The translations under genes and the position numbers were made by a program. The notes beneath the pieces are model-generated. The model saw nothing but the letters and a program-made list of their open reading frames with translations. It did no database searches and was not told where the DNA came from. Positions 20,082 to 31,590 of a DNA stretch of 64,000 nucleotides are shown here, piece by piece. Position 1 is the first letter of the stretch; every line of letters begins with the position of its first letter. Location: NCBI GenBank assembly GCA_050952625.1, contig JBMNLH010000007.1:85165-149164 (forward strand), in the 5' to 3' direction. The stretch comes from Bacillota bacterium. GTDB taxonomy: Bacteria > Bacillota > Ch66 > Ch109.

Positions 20082-21749
20082 TTAGAACAAACCATATATT
20101 TTACCCTGCGCGTCAATATCAATATCAACCGCAGCCGGCCGTTTGGGCAGGCCGGGCATCGTCATGATGGTCCCAGTGATGGGGACCACGAAACCCGCGC
20201 CGGCTGAGAGCCGAACTTCCCGCACCGTCACCGTATAACCGGTAGGCCTTCCCTTGACCGTGGGATCATCGGAAAGCGAAGATTGGGTTTTGGCCATACA
20301 GATTGGCAATTCACTAAATCCCATTTCCGTAAACCGGGACAAAGCGTTCTCCGCTTCTCGCGTATACTGAACCCCGTCCGCCCCATAGATTTCGCGGCAG
20401 ATAATCTCGATTTTTTCTTTCAGGGGGCGATCCAGGGAATACAGATAATTAAACTGATTCGGTTTGCCGCAGGCTTCCATTACTTTCTCGGCTAATTCCA
20501 AACCACCCTCGCCGCCTTTGGCCCAAACCTCCGAAATGGCGGTTTCCACGCCAACTGCCCGGGTATGCTCCTTAACCATATTCAACTCTTCTGCCGAATC
20601 AGTCGGGAAACGATTAACCGAGACAACTGCGGGCACCCCAAAGCGGGCTACATTCTCCAAGTGTTTCTCCAAATTCGCCAGCCCTTTTTCCAATGCAGCC
20701 AGATTTGGTTGGCTTAAATCAGCCATTGGGACCCCGCCATGCATCTTTAAGCTACGGCAAGAAGCCACGATGACCACTGTATCCGGCTTTAATCCGGCTA
20801 AACGGCATTTCAGGTCCATAAATTTCTCGGCCCCTAGATCTGCACCAAAACCAGCCTCAGTTACCAGATACTCACCCAGTTTCAGGCCTAGGCGAGTGGC
20901 GACCAGACTATTGCACCCGTGGGCAATATTAGCGAAAGGCCCCCCATGAATCAAGGCCGGGGTATTTTCGAGAGTCTGCACCAAATTTGGTTTAATAGCA
21001 TCCTTCATTAAGACGGTCATCGCCCCGGTTGCCTTTAAGTCAGCGGCCGTGACCGGTTGACCGTCATAGGTGTAGCCTACAATAATTTTTTCAAATCGAG
21101 CTTTCAGGTCCATTAAATCAGTGGCTAAGCAGAGACAGGCCATAATTTCGGAAGCCACGGTAATGTCAAATCCCGATTCCCGCGGCACCCCATCTAAGCG
21201 GCCACCCAGCCCTAAAACCAGTTTGCGCAAGGCCCGGTCGTTCATGTCCAGTGCTCTCCGCCAAACTACTTGGCGCGGATCGATATTCAGGGGATTGCCC
21301 TGGTGCAGGCTATTATCCAGCATTGCCGCCAGCAAATTGTGGGCGGTCCCTACTGCATGGATATCCCCGGTAAAATGAAGATTAATATCCTCCATCGGGA
21401 CAACTTGCGCATAGCCGCCCCCGGCAGCCCCGCCTTTTATTCCGAAACTCGGTCCCAAAGAGGGCTCCCGTAGAGCAATAACCGCTTTCTTTCCCAATCG
21501 ATTCAGAGCTTGTCCCAACCCAACAGTATTGGTGGTTTTACCCTCCCCGGCCGGCGTTGGCGTCATGGCGGTTACTAAAACTAATTTGCCGTCCGGCTGA
21601 TTCTCTAATTTTTTCAAAACATTCAGCGAGACTTTCGCCTTATAACGGCCGTATAAATCCAAATCATCTTCGGATAAGCCCAGGCTGCTACCTACTTCAA
21701 CGATTGGTTTAAGCTTAGCTGATTGAGCAATTTCAATATCTGTTTGCAT
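20082..21749 (-). CDS. fhs: Formate-tetrahydrofolate ligase
   Basis: MQTDIEIAQ start, [46 protein letters not shown]. Confidence 0.98.
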   Translation of the reverse strand: MQTDIEIAQSAKLKPIVEVGSSLGLSEDDLDLYGRYKAKVSLNVLKKLENQPDGKLVLVTAMTPTPAGEGKTTNTVGLGQALNRLGKKAVIALREPSLGPSFGIKGGAAGGGYAQVVPMEDINLHFTGDIHAVGTAHNLLAAMLDNSLHQGNPLNIDPRQVVWRRALDMNDRALRKLVLGLGGRLDGVPRESGFDITVASEIMACLCLATDLMDLKARFEKIIVGYTYDGQPVTAADLKATGAMTVLMKDAIKPNLVQTLENTPALIHGGPFANIAHGCNSLVATRLGLKLGEYLVTEAGFGADLGAEKFMDLKCRLAGLKPDTVVIVASCRSLKMHGGVPMADLSQPNLAALEKGLANLEKHLENVARFGVPAVVSVNRFPTDSAEELNMVKEHTRAVGVETAISEVWAKGGEGGLELAEKVMEACGKPNQFNYLYSLDRPLKEKIEIICREIYGADGVQYTREAENALSRFTEMGFSELPICMAKTQSSLSDDPTVKGRPTGYTVTVREVRLSAGAGFVVPITGTIMTMPGLPKRPAAVDIDIDAQGKIYGLF

Positions 21750-21769
21750 TATTTGGCTCACTCCATAAA

Positions 21770-22171
21770 TCAATTTTTGTTTTGTTTGCTCAGGTTTTTC
21801 CGCATAAATTTGTCCATCTGCACAATAAATCTTTCGTGGGTTCCTTCTCCCACCTTCTCTCGCTCATCAAATCCTTCGACCTTAAACACCAGGCGACGGC
21901 CATCTACCTCGACCAACTCGGCCCGGGCTGTCACAGTCAGGCCGATAGGTGTAGCGGCCGTGTGGCTGGTCCAAATGCTGATCCCGACAGTACAAAACCC
22001 GTCCGGCAGGTACTTGTCCACCGCATTAATGGAAGCACCTTCCATTAAACCGACAAGGGCTGGGGTGGCAAAAACGGGTACATCCCCGCTGCCATATTTG
22101 ATAGCGGTATTATTATCAGTTACCCGTTCCTGTTTTTCCCCGGTTAAACCTGGTTGCAAATTAATCTCCAT
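21770..22171 (-). CDS. FlK-like (fluoroacetyl-CoA type) thioesterase
   Basis: [34 protein letters not shown]. Confidence 0.88.
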   Translation of the reverse strand: MEINLQPGLTGEKQERVTDNNTAIKYGSGDVPVFATPALVGLMEGASINAVDKYLPDGFCTVGISIWTSHTAATPIGLTVTARAELVEVDGRRLVFKVEGFDEREKVGEGTHERFIVQMDKFMRKNLSKQNKN

Positions 22172-22249
22172 AATGTGCCCTCCCCTTAACTAAGGTAATC
22201 TATGACTTAGTGATTTGCCCAAAGAAAAAGGGCCGGCCGGGCCCTCTCT

Positions 22250-22702
22250 TTATTTCTCCATGAGCCAAGCATCCGCTGGTCGATCGTAAACCAAAATCTC
22301 CTCCGGTTTAAAATACAAAGCGATTTCTCGTTCTGCACTCTCCACCGAATCTGAGCCGTGAATCACATTTCTGGAGATGGTTACCGCCAAGTTGCCTCGA
22401 ATCGTTCCGGGTAAGGCCTCCGCTGGGTTGGTCGCTCCCATTAAGTCTCGAACTCCCTTAACCACGTTAGGCCCTTCCCAAACCATCGCGACTACCGGGC
22501 CTGAGGTAATAAACTCCACCAATCCCGGGAAAAAGGCTTTGCCCATGTGCTCCGCATAATGCCTCTCTGCCAAAGCTGTATCCATCTTGAGCATTTTCAT
22601 GGCCACTAATTTGAATCCTTTGCGTTCCAAACCGGCAATGATTTCACCAGTCAGTTGCCGCATAACCCCATCGGGTTTTACCATGACAAAAGTTCTCTCC
22701 AC
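22250..22702 (-). CDS. ndk: Nucleoside diphosphate kinase
   Basis: [31 protein letters not shown]. Confidence 0.98.
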   Translation of the reverse strand: MERTFVMVKPDGVMRQLTGEIIAGLERKGFKLVAMKMLKMDTALAERHYAEHMGKAFFPGLVEFITSGPVVAMVWEGPNVVKGVRDLMGATNPAEALPGTIRGNLAVTISRNVIHGSDSVESAEREIALYFKPEEILVYDRPADAWLMEK

Positions 22703-22744
22703 CAGGTAACCTGCTCCTTTCTGCTGGGGTTCATTCGGTAAGCC

Positions 22745-22850
22745 TGTTCAGCTTCGCTGAATACTGAGGGTTAGATGGAAACTCCTGCTCCACCTGAAGT
22801 TAAACAAGGTAACCACCCCTTAGAGAAGTGGGCGTCTTTTGATTCAGATC
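22745..22850 (+). repeat. Family A element, copy 5
   Basis: GTTCAGCTTCGCTGAATACTGAGG...CTCCACCTGAAGTTAAACAAGGTAA...GAAGTGGGCGTCTTTTGATTCAG. Confidence 0.8.
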
Positions 22851-22871
22851 AACCCCATCCTGGTATTGCCC

Positions 22872-24818
22872 TTATTCAGGTGACGAAGCTATTACTTCGC
22901 CAACTGCCGGCCGGCGTATTCCTTCTAGGCTGTTGTCTGTCTTAGGATTGACAACCCCCTTAGTCTCCTCAGGAGAAGGATTGGCCGTTCCTTGAGACGC
23001 CGGTTTTTCAGTTGAAATGAACCCTTCTTTTAGCAACTGCTCAAACTCTGATCCTTCTAGAGTCTCCTTTTCCATCAGAGTCCGGGCAACTAGCTCCAGT
23101 TTGTCCCGATTATTGGCCAGCAGTTCTTCTGCTTTTTGGTAGCAGGCATCGATAATTTTTCGAGCCTCCTGATCGATTGAATAGGCGACTGCTTCGCTGT
23201 AATTACGATCCCGGGCAATATCTCGACCTAAAAATACCTGCTCCTCTTTTCGGCCAAAAGTCAATGGCCCAAGCTTTTCCGACATTCCATATTCAGTGAT
23301 CATCTTCCGGACCAGGTCGGTGGCCCGTTCCAGATCGTTTTGAGCCCCGGTACTGATCTCTTTTAAGAACATACTTTCCGCAACCCGTCCCCCTAATAAG
23401 ACTGTCACCTCATCCAACAAACGCGAACGGGTCATATAGTAACGATCTTCAGTCGGTAATAATAAAGTATAACCCCCAGCCCGACCTCGAGGAATAATCG
23501 AAATTTTATGCACTGGATCGGTATTGGGCAACAAGGCCCCGACCAGAGCATGACCGGCCTCATGGTAGGCTACTAGCTCTTTTTCCTTCTCGCTGATCAC
23601 CCGTGACTTCTTTTCTGGTCCCGCAATAACCCGTTCAATTGCGTCCTCTAATTCATTCATGCTTAACTTTGTCTTATTCCGACGCGCTGTTAAAAGGGCC
23701 GCCTCATTCATCATATTGGCCAGGTCCGCTCCGGTAAAACCAGGGGTCCGTCGGGCAAGAACCTCTAGGTCAACTTCTTTCTCCAGTGGTTTATCCTTAG
23801 CGTGGACCTTTAGAATAGCTTTCCTTCCGGCGACATCCGGTCGGTCAACCATGATATGCCGGTCAAATCGCCCTGGCCGAAGCAAAGCCGGATCCAGGAT
23901 ATCCGGTCGGTTAGTCGAAGCGATGACAATAATCCCTTCGTTGGCACTAAAGCCATCCATTTCCACCAACAGTTGGTTTAAGGTTTGTTCGCGTTCATCG
24001 TGCCCGCCGCCCAGTCCAGCACCCCGATGACGTCCGACCGCGTCAATCTCATCAATAAAAACGATACAGGGAGCGTTTTTCTTGGCTTGTTCAAACAAAT
24101 CTCTAACTCGTGAAGCCCCCACACCTACGAACATCTCCACAAAATCCGAACCGCTGATGCTGAAGAAAGGTACTCCCGCTTCCCCGGCCACGGCCCGAGC
24201 CAGAAGTGTTTTCCCGGTCCCAGGAGCCCCAAACAAAAGAACCCCCTTGGGAATGCGTGCGCCAATCTCCGTAAATTTTTTCGGCTGTTTGAGAAACTCG
24301 ACCACCTCGGCCAACTCCTCCTTGGCCTCATCAGCCCCGGCCACGTCCTCAAAGGTCACCTTTTTCTTTTCATCAGTGTGGAGTCGGGCCCGGCTCTTGC
24401 CGAACTGCATGACCCGGTTCCCCCCACCCTGAGTCTGCTGCATCATAAAGAACACAAATCCGATAAGCAAAAGAATCGGGAGAAATGTGGTTAACATACT
24501 GGTCCACCAGGGTGGTTGCGCTGGAGGACTAAAGAAATACTCTACATTGTGTTCTCTTAATAAAGTAAGCAAAGTTTGGTCTTCCGGACCGGTAAGCTTA
24601 AATTTTTCTTCATTTTTCATTGTCCCGGTAATTCGGTAGAAATTATCCTCCAGAACAATGGTTACTGATTTAACCTTATCCTGCTGCACCGACTGGTAAA
24701 AGGTTCTATAATCAATCGCCTTTTCTTGCTTTTCTGGTTCAGCGGACCAGCGGAAAGCCGCAACTGCAATCAGGACAATCAGCAGGTAGATAGCTAGATT
24801 TTTAAAAATTCGGCTCAA
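22872..24818 (-). CDS. ftsH: ATP-dependent zinc metalloprotease FtsH
   Basis: Two TMs, [27 protein letters not shown]. Confidence 0.98.
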   Translation of the reverse strand: MSRIFKNLAIYLLIVLIAVAAFRWSAEPEKQEKAIDYRTFYQSVQQDKVKSVTIVLEDNFYRITGTMKNEEKFKLTGPEDQTLLTLLREHNVEYFFSPPAQPPWWTSMLTTFLPILLLIGFVFFMMQQTQGGGNRVMQFGKSRARLHTDEKKKVTFEDVAGADEAKEELAEVVEFLKQPKKFTEIGARIPKGVLLFGAPGTGKTLLARAVAGEAGVPFFSISGSDFVEMFVGVGASRVRDLFEQAKKNAPCIVFIDEIDAVGRHRGAGLGGGHDEREQTLNQLLVEMDGFSANEGIIVIASTNRPDILDPALLRPGRFDRHIMVDRPDVAGRKAILKVHAKDKPLEKEVDLEVLARRTPGFTGADLANMMNEAALLTARRNKTKLSMNELEDAIERVIAGPEKKSRVISEKEKELVAYHEAGHALVGALLPNTDPVHKISIIPRGRAGGYTLLLPTEDRYYMTRSRLLDEVTVLLGGRVAESMFLKEISTGAQNDLERATDLVRKMITEYGMSEKLGPLTFGRKEEQVFLGRDIARDRNYSEAVAYSIDQEARKIIDACYQKAEELLANNRDKLELVARTLMEKETLEGSEFEQLLKEGFISTEKPASQGTANPSPEETKGVVNPKTDNSLEGIRRPAVGEVIASSPE

Positions 24819-25061
24819 CCCCTATGTCCTCCTCTCTCGTTCTCAAGACAATAGATAATATATATTAACAAAACCATCGCCTCTTGTAAATCAATAAATT
24901 TATTACCAGTTATCGCCGTATAATACTAGATTCTATAGAAAATGCCAAAAAAATCCGAAAAATGGCTTAAGTTGTTCCCTCTTAGCCCAAGACTTCTTTG
25001 GCACCGTATTAATAATTGTAACACAACCTTAAAGCGACATCAAATAAACAAACAAACTAGA

Positions 25062-26087
25062 TTACCTTTCTTTCTTCCGACGCACCATCCTAGTTTCGAT
25101 TATTAACCGGTTATACTCTCGCCGGCCCTGTAAATTTCCTGGCAAATAAATCCTGCGACCTCCAACTGGGTTAACCGCTAGTTCCAGCAGCCTTTCAATA
25201 TGATCATAACTAAACTGCCGCAGATCGCCACTTAACTTACCCAGAATCCGACGGAGCACTCGCCGCCGCAAAGCAACCGGCTCTGTTAATAACTGAGAGA
25301 TAGATAAGGCGGCAGATCCTGTTGGCAAAGCAGACTCTGATTCAAGCAGGCAGCGTTGAGCAGATTCAGCAGCCAATTCTTCTAAGAGATCATTATCATC
25401 TCTAATAATTTCGGCCATCCTATTAAGACCAGTTACTATGTTTGGGTTATACTTCTCTTGCAGGTAAGGAATCAACTCCAACCGGATACGGTTGCGCAGA
25501 TAAACTAGCTTTTGATTGCTCGGATCCAGACAGTATGGAACTTGGTTTTCCTTTAAGTATAGCTCAATCTCTTCTCGGGTCAGGTCAAGTAGCGGACGAA
25601 CAACTGGTCCTCGCTGATAACGCATGCCTCCCAGTCCCGTTAGACCGCTGCCGCGCAAAATATTCTCCAGAATGGTTTCGGCCTGATCCTGAGCGTGATG
25701 GGCGACCGCAATCCGCTGGCAGCTTAAAGCTTGAGCGGTCTCTTCCAAAGCCTGATATCTCACCCGTCGCCCGGCCTCCTGTAAAGAACACCTCCACCTT
25801 TGAGCCAAGCGAGCTACTTCCACCCGATAAACCTTAACCGGCACATCCCAACTTGCCGCTATTTCTTGCACAAAGGCAGCTTCCTGATCCGCTTCTTCAC
25901 CTCGCAAACAATGATTAACGTGAACTACCTGAAGCCTAATCTCCAGTTCTTCCCTCAAAGATACCAAAGAATGCAAAAGAGCCATCGAATCAGGGCCGCC
26001 CGATACAGCTACGACCACCCCATCCCCTGGTCCTATAAGCTTATGCCGGTTAATCGTAAGCTTTAGCTTCTCCAAAAAGTCATTCAC
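25062..26087 (-). CDS. tilS: tRNA(Ile)-lysidine synthetase (short form)
   Basis: VAVSGGPDS, HVNH.LRG, AHHAQDQAET, RPLL, DPSN, RNRIR. Confidence 0.93.
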   Translation of the reverse strand: MNDFLEKLKLTINRHKLIGPGDGVVVAVSGGPDSMALLHSLVSLREELEIRLQVVHVNHCLRGEEADQEAAFVQEIAASWDVPVKVYRVEVARLAQRWRCSLQEAGRRVRYQALEETAQALSCQRIAVAHHAQDQAETILENILRGSGLTGLGGMRYQRGPVVRPLLDLTREEIELYLKENQVPYCLDPSNQKLVYLRNRIRLELIPYLQEKYNPNIVTGLNRMAEIIRDDNDLLEELAAESAQRCLLESESALPTGSAALSISQLLTEPVALRRRVLRRILGKLSGDLRQFSYDHIERLLELAVNPVGGRRIYLPGNLQGRREYNRLIIETRMVRRKKER

Positions 26088-26131
26088 TTAGCGACCTAAC
26101 TCCTTAATTAAGTAAATAGTTTTAATATCGG

Positions 26132-26201
26132 GTCATTCTGAGCGAAGCCAAGAATCCTTCCCGCGCTGAGAAGCAAAATCCTTCGCGAACGCTCAGGATG
26201 A
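26132..26201. repeat. Palindromic repeat family C, copy 2
   Basis: GTCATTCTGAGCGAAGCCAAGAATCC...ATCCTTCGCGAACGCTCAGGATGAC. Confidence 0.8.
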
Positions 26202-26385
26202 CATATGTCCACTACTTTCATCAATGGTTGTGCCTTGCGAACACGGGCGGTTAGTATAAAAAAAGCGCTTTCGCGCTCTTGTTTTCGACACCCCTGGCCG
26301 AATTCCTGCTAATTTCTATTATTTCTCAGCTAATCTACAGCTATACGGTGTTTCCATCGACTCTCAGGATAAAGATGTAAATGCC

Positions 26386-26460
26386 TAACCACTAACCACT
26401 AACCACTAACCACTAACCCCCCAACCACTACCACCCCCAACCACTCCCCAACCACCAAAC
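26386..26460. repeat. Degenerating (TAACCAC)n heptamer tandem repeat
   Basis: Four perfect and several degenerate units immediately after the spoIIE stop codon. Confidence 0.8.
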
Positions 26461-29202
26461 TTAACGCTCATCTATTCGGGCAACCAAGACAGCCATATCG
26501 TCCCTGACCCGGCTGCAATTGGCCAAGGCCTGTTCCAGCAAGGTGTTGGCTATTTCTCGAGGATTAAGACTGTTTATCTTTTCCAAGACTTCACCTAGCC
26601 AACTATCCCTTTCGGCGACATGAAACCGGCTATCTAATAGACCATCCGTGACCATAACTACCAGATCTCCCGGTTCGAGACGGTGCTTAAGACTATTTAC
26701 CTCCAACGTATCGAGGATGCCGATGGGGGGAGAATTGGCGGAAATAACAGTAACCTTTCCCTGTCGCACCAAGAAAGTCGGAGTAGCCCCCAGCTTGAAA
26801 AATTCGCCATCCCCGCTTTGCAGATTAATAATGGCTAGGTCTAGCGTGGCAAAGCTCTCTTCCTTGGACCTTAATAACAGGAGAGAATTAACCGCACACA
26901 CCGCTTGGTCCGTTGGCAAGCCGGCTCCTAAGACTGTCTCTAGCAAACTCAAGGTTGAACGACTGGTCTCGTTAGCCACCGGTCCGACTCCCATCCCGTC
27001 ACTGAGAGCCAGGAGATAACGCGCACCCGGCAAATTGATGGTTAAATAGTTATCGCCGGAACAATTATAACCATCTTCAGCCCGACAGGCTACGCCAACC
27101 TCGACGGTTAGGCGTCCTCCCCCAACCAGACAAACTTCACACCCCTGCTCAGCCGGCCAGGGACAGCGATCCGGCCGGAGTTCCAGTTGTTGTCCTAATA
27201 TCGAGGTCAAAGCCGGCAATAAGCGATTCCGACAATCGTTATCTCCCGGACATGCCTTACGATAAAAATATAACTCTAATTCGCCACTAGGCAAGCGGTA
27301 GGCCTGAATTCGTTCGGCATTAACCCCTAATCGTTTGAACTCACGGCTTAACCTTTTTTCCATCGGTTTAATCCGTTCCGCCCTTTTTTCAAATTCCGAA
27401 ATCACCTTATTAACCACATCAGCTAGGCCTTTAACCTGGCAGGCGACCAGATCACGACCTTCTTCCATTCGGTCCAGCCAGTAGCTTTCTAATTTGAATT
27501 TTTCAGAAACCCGGTTCACTTGGTTGACCAAATCCCGAGGATATAAGCAGCGATTCTTAATAAATGGGGCCGCCTCATCCAAAGTCACACCTAACTTTTC
27601 TCGACTTTCTCCCAGCGATAGCAAGTCCAGCAAAATCCGGTAGGTGGCATAAAAATCTTCCTCCCAACATACCCGCTGTGCCGAACAATTTAAACACGGT
27701 CCCTGCCTGACACTATCCATAAACTCAACGAGCCGATCCGAATTATTTTCTAGAGCGGAGCCCTTTTCCTTTTCCAGCGTCGCCGATATTTCATTGAGCA
27801 TTCCCCCTAGATTTTTCAGTTTCTGACCGGTCATTTTCCACCAGATAACATCCGCCTGTCCGGTTTCTGATCCGCAACTTTCTTTATCGTCTGCCGCTTC
27901 CTTTAAACGACTAGCCGGACTGCAACTATTCACGCTCATTTCGTTATCATCAAGGTTATCATTAATCGTTTCGTTCTCGTTAGAACGACTAGGCGAAAAA
28001 GAGAACATGCCCGATAAAAACCCGGACTTTGGGTTATTGGGGGCAGATTGGATCTGGGTGCCTAAACGAGAAAAAAAGCGGGTCGGAAGTAAGAGGAATA
28101 TCACAACCCCACTCCCCAGTTGAATTAGACTCTCCGGACTGGCACCTCCTTCTGCCAAGTAAAGGGTTAACAATAGGTTGCCCAAAAGAAAGCCTACGGC
28201 CATACCCAAGCGGCCCCAGGCTCGAAAAAGACCAGCTAAAAGCCCAGCTACAGCGTAGACTCCTACGGCATATGGCATTATCAGATGAGTAACACTAGGA
28301 AGCAGCCCAATCAAGGCTCCGGCTGCCGAACCAGCTCCGGCACCGCCTAAATAAGCAGCGATTAAAACCCCTAAGCTGGCAGTCAAAGGACCAAGCTCCC
28401 ATTGGCCGATGTGAAGATCACAAATCCCCAGGATCAAACAAACCCCCAGGACAATAGCGGCAATCATTTCCTCTGCTCTCAGTTGATTAGGTTTCTCCCG
28501 GTTTTCTATCCACTGGACCGCGATCATAAAGATAAACGAAAGCACTCCCGCGATGATCGCCTCAAAGATTATGGATATCTCCTGATACAGGTTCCAGCCG
28601 TGCCAGATTAAAAAACAGTTTTGCACCAGGAGGTAAACGGCCATAACCAGCAAGGGCAGCAGAATCCACCACTGTTCCGGTTTCTTTCTAGCAGAGGTGA
28701 TGACGCTGGTTAGCAAAAGAATCACCGCGACCTGATTCCAAAACACTGCCGGTATCGACGTGCTCCATAACCCTAGGACCACCGAAAAAACCATTAACCC
28801 GGCCAGCCCTGGGCGAAAGACCAGGGTCGCGGCCAGGTAAGCACCGCCAAAAGGGAGAAGTTCGCCCAGCACCGCCCCCCGGGCCAGGAGCCCCCCGGCT
28901 ATTAAATGAAACAGATCTGTCAGATGAAATCCATGTGCCAAAAATCGATAGATATATCTACCCAAAAATCCCTTTGCAGATGTCAGCCCCGTTTGCACGG
29001 TTTGCCCTATGGCCGCAAACAGCCTGGCTAATAAAGGAAACAAAGTTCTCTGGGATTTACGCCGGCCCCTGTCTTCCTCGCCTGCCCCTGCTAGATCACC
29101 TAAGCGGCAGTACGTGTAGACATTAAGATCATCATTAAACATTCTTTCATCATCTCCGGTCAGCAATCTCATTCCCCCCCCGGCACCTGAATTCGTAGAC
29201 AA
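26461..29202 (-). CDS. spoIIE: Stage II sporulation protein E (membrane PP2C phosphatase)
   Basis: Multi-TM N-terminus, C..C....CW, SGDNY, LSDGMGVG, FATLDL, MVTDG, DDMAV; upstream of tilS. Start position uncertain. Confidence 0.93.
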   Translation of the reverse strand: MSTNSGAGGGMRLLTGDDERMFNDDLNVYTYCRLGDLAGAGEEDRGRRKSQRTLFPLLARLFAAIGQTVQTGLTSAKGFLGRYIYRFLAHGFHLTDLFHLIAGGLLARGAVLGELLPFGGAYLAATLVFRPGLAGLMVFSVVLGLWSTSIPAVFWNQVAVILLLTSVITSARKKPEQWWILLPLLVMAVYLLVQNCFLIWHGWNLYQEISIIFEAIIAGVLSFIFMIAVQWIENREKPNQLRAEEMIAAIVLGVCLILGICDLHIGQWELGPLTASLGVLIAAYLGGAGAGSAAGALIGLLPSVTHLIMPYAVGVYAVAGLLAGLFRAWGRLGMAVGFLLGNLLLTLYLAEGGASPESLIQLGSGVVIFLLLPTRFFSRLGTQIQSAPNNPKSGFLSGMFSFSPSRSNENETINDNLDDNEMSVNSCSPASRLKEAADDKESCGSETGQADVIWWKMTGQKLKNLGGMLNEISATLEKEKGSALENNSDRLVEFMDSVRQGPCLNCSAQRVCWEEDFYATYRILLDLLSLGESREKLGVTLDEAAPFIKNRCLYPRDLVNQVNRVSEKFKLESYWLDRMEEGRDLVACQVKGLADVVNKVISEFEKRAERIKPMEKRLSREFKRLGVNAERIQAYRLPSGELELYFYRKACPGDNDCRNRLLPALTSILGQQLELRPDRCPWPAEQGCEVCLVGGGRLTVEVGVACRAEDGYNCSGDNYLTINLPGARYLLALSDGMGVGPVANETSRSTLSLLETVLGAGLPTDQAVCAVNSLLLLRSKEESFATLDLAIINLQSGDGEFFKLGATPTFLVRQGKVTVISANSPPIGILDTLEVNSLKHRLEPGDLVVMVTDGLLDSRFHVAERDSWLGEVLEKINSLNPREIANTLLEQALANCSRVRDDMAVLVARIDER

Positions 29203-29551
29203 GCTTAATTATAGACTGCCCGCATGGAAATAACTGTCAAACAAGGAGACTGCGACCAAAGTAGATTTCGACACAAAATATTTAGGCTATTCATTTTTAT
29301 GGTAATTATTACATTTACGTTAATCTCTTAATTGACTATTTTTCTCTTTATTTTTACAGCCCAAGAAAGAATCCCCACTAACAAAAGCCCACTATTAAGA
29401 CTTGAAAGTCTAAATACGGACTATTTTGTCAAGGCATAATATTGTATTAACACCTATTTTTGTCTGAATACTTTACTTTTCGTTTGACGATAAAATAAGT
29501 CTTTACAAAAATAATAATTATAACCGGAAGCTGGTTGCCCTCCGACAGTAA

Positions 29552-30298
29552 TCACCTGGCCGTATAACCACCATCAACTAACAAGCTGATCCCAGTGACA
29601 AACGAGGCTGCTTCCGAAGCCAGGAATAAAACACACTGAGCCACTTCCTCCGGCTCTCCCAGCCGACCCAGCGGGTGGGCTTGCGCCAGCTGTTCCCGGA
29701 CCTCTTCAGAAAGGCCATTCATCACCATTGGCGTTTTAATGAAGCCGGGAGAAACCGCGTTTACTCTGATATTATAAGGAGCGTAGTCCAGGGCCAGGTT
29801 ACGGGTCAGCACCACTACTCCCCCCTTGGCCGCATTATAGGCCGGGGTCGCGGGAAACCCTACATGACCAAGGATAGAGGCGTTATTGATAATTGCTCCT
29901 TTTTTCTTAGCGATCATAATGGGCAACACCGCTTTTGCCCCAAGATAAATACCTTTTAAATTAATATTAATGACTCGGTCCCACTCCTCTTCGGCCAATT
30001 CGACCACCGAACCCTGAGTACCGATACCGGCATTATTAAACAGGATATCCACGGTCCCGAAATGCCTGACGGTTTCCTCAACCATTTTCTGAACCTGAGT
30101 GCCTGATGAAACATCCACCTGTACGAAGAGAGAACTCCCGCCCCCTTGCTGAATTTCCTCTACCGTTTTCCTTCCCTGCTCGGCATTATAATCAGCGACG
30201 ACCACCCGGGCCCCTTCCTGAGCAAAAAGCAGGGCAGTAGTCCGGCCAATCCCGGTTGCTCCTCCCGTGATTATTGCGACCTTGTCTGCTAATTTCAA
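29552..30298 (-). CDS. SDR family NAD(P)-dependent oxidoreductase
   Basis: TGGATGIG, NNAG, YNAAK, VDGG. Confidence 0.93.
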   Translation of the reverse strand: MKLADKVAIITGGATGIGRTTALLFAQEGARVVVADYNAEQGRKTVEEIQQGGGSSLFVQVDVSSGTQVQKMVEETVRHFGTVDILFNNAGIGTQGSVVELAEEEWDRVININLKGIYLGAKAVLPIMIAKKKGAIINNASILGHVGFPATPAYNAAKGGVVVLTRNLALDYAPYNIRVNAVSPGFIKTPMVMNGLSEEVREQLAQAHPLGRLGEPEEVAQCVLFLASEAASFVTGISLLVDGGYTAR

Positions 30299-30826
30299 TA
30301 AACTGCTCTCCTTTCCAAAATTGCTTTCCAGACTTTCCGCTTGAACATCTGGTACCCAGCGTCATGAACTAACCGTTATTGAAGCCATTAATTGAAGCCA
30401 TTTAACATTTGAAAAGCTCTTCGGGTGCGCAGGTGATGTCGATTCAAAGCTAAAACTTAGTTTATGTTTTCCTGATTACAATATTGCTCTTGCTCGTCAT
30501 TCTCGACTTTCTCGTTCATGCTCGAACATATTTCGGGTTTATCCGGATAGCCCAAGCGTTCATAGTTTTTGTTGTACAAAGATTTATCATACTGTCGCCA
30601 TTGCCCTTCAAGTTAAAACCAAAGAAAAAGTCTGGATGCTTATAAATCATAGGGTAACCAGCTCATCGAGGGAAAATAACGATGGTTGTAGAATATACAA
30701 GGTAATTCACCTCTCTTGGACCGTAGTATTTTAGTGGACGGTTACCTAAAATTTCTACATTTCATAGGGGTGAATTCCTTTTTTTCAGGGGCTAAAACCC
30801 AATAAAATTAATATTCAGCCCTGAAC

Positions 30827-31017
30827 GGAACTTAGAAAGCTAAAAGCGGCTACCCCTAGTGTACCGATTAAGGTTAAGATAATAGCCCACAGAATAATTC
30901 CCATAATACACCAAAACATAAGGCATCAAGGGACGCTCCCAGGGTTATTCCGATGGCGGCCCCCAGGGGTGCTCCGGTTATAAGCGGGGCTAGCAAACCT
31001 AACCCGACGACCCCATA
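30827..31017 (-). pseudogene. Duplicated 3' end of the small multidrug export gene, with a 1-bp deletion
   Basis: Highly similar direct repeat of 32481-32672. Confidence 0.85.
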
Positions 31018-31300
31018 CGGTGCTTATAAAGTTCCAAATCGTAATGGCCATAGCGGATTTGATCATCTAGGGTTGGTTCGCTGGATTCGAACTCTAGATG
31101 GGCGATGGTATTATCAGCTAAGATAAAGTTGATGTCCATATCACGGTCTTTAACTTCAATCGTTGGTACTTTGGTTTGAATTACATCGACGATCCTTGCT
31201 AGTTTTAAGTCATAAAATTCTAATATTTCATCTTTAAAGGTTACGCTTAAGGAGCGCAAAGCTATGTCTTTATGGTGATAGGGAATCTTTAGTTCTGCAC
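31018..31300 (-). pseudogene. Fragment of Rpn-like PD-(D/E)XK nuclease-family protein
   Basis: HHKDIALRSL...DMDINFILADNTIAHLEFES...RYGHYD, truncated by the duplicated fragment. Confidence 0.6.
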
Positions 31301-31304
31301 TAAT

Positions 31305-31416
31305 AGGTATCCTCACTGATGACTCAATCCGGAAAGTGGTATTCCTTTCGGCTAGGGAAATCACAAAAAAGTGGACGCAGCCATCAAAGGACTGGGCAAT
31401 GGCGTACAGCCAGATT
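31305..31416 (+). mobile_element. IS256-family transposase C-terminal remnant
   Basis: Translates LTDDSIRKVVFLSAREITKKWTQPSKDWAMAYSQI. Confidence 0.7.
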
Positions 31417-31431
31417 TATCACTGGATAAAT

Positions 31432-31590
31432 CTACCAATAATGATATTCCCAATCAGCAATCTTTTTAATCTCTAGAAATACGAGGACATCGGCAATCTG
31501 TTCTTGCGTGAATCCCTTTTCTTCCCGGATACGTTGACTTTGGCAACGAAGTATGGAAATTGTTTTTCTGAACGCGGATAAACCCAGCAT
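31432..31590 (-). pseudogene. Small ORF containing an XRE HTH fragment, overlapping the doc stop codon
   Basis: TAATG overlap; RIREEKGFTQEQIADVL. Confidence 0.35.

Noticed and set aside
30360-30826. Possible gene or riboswitch upstream of the SDR gene
   Set aside because: No convincing ORF or known RNA motif found
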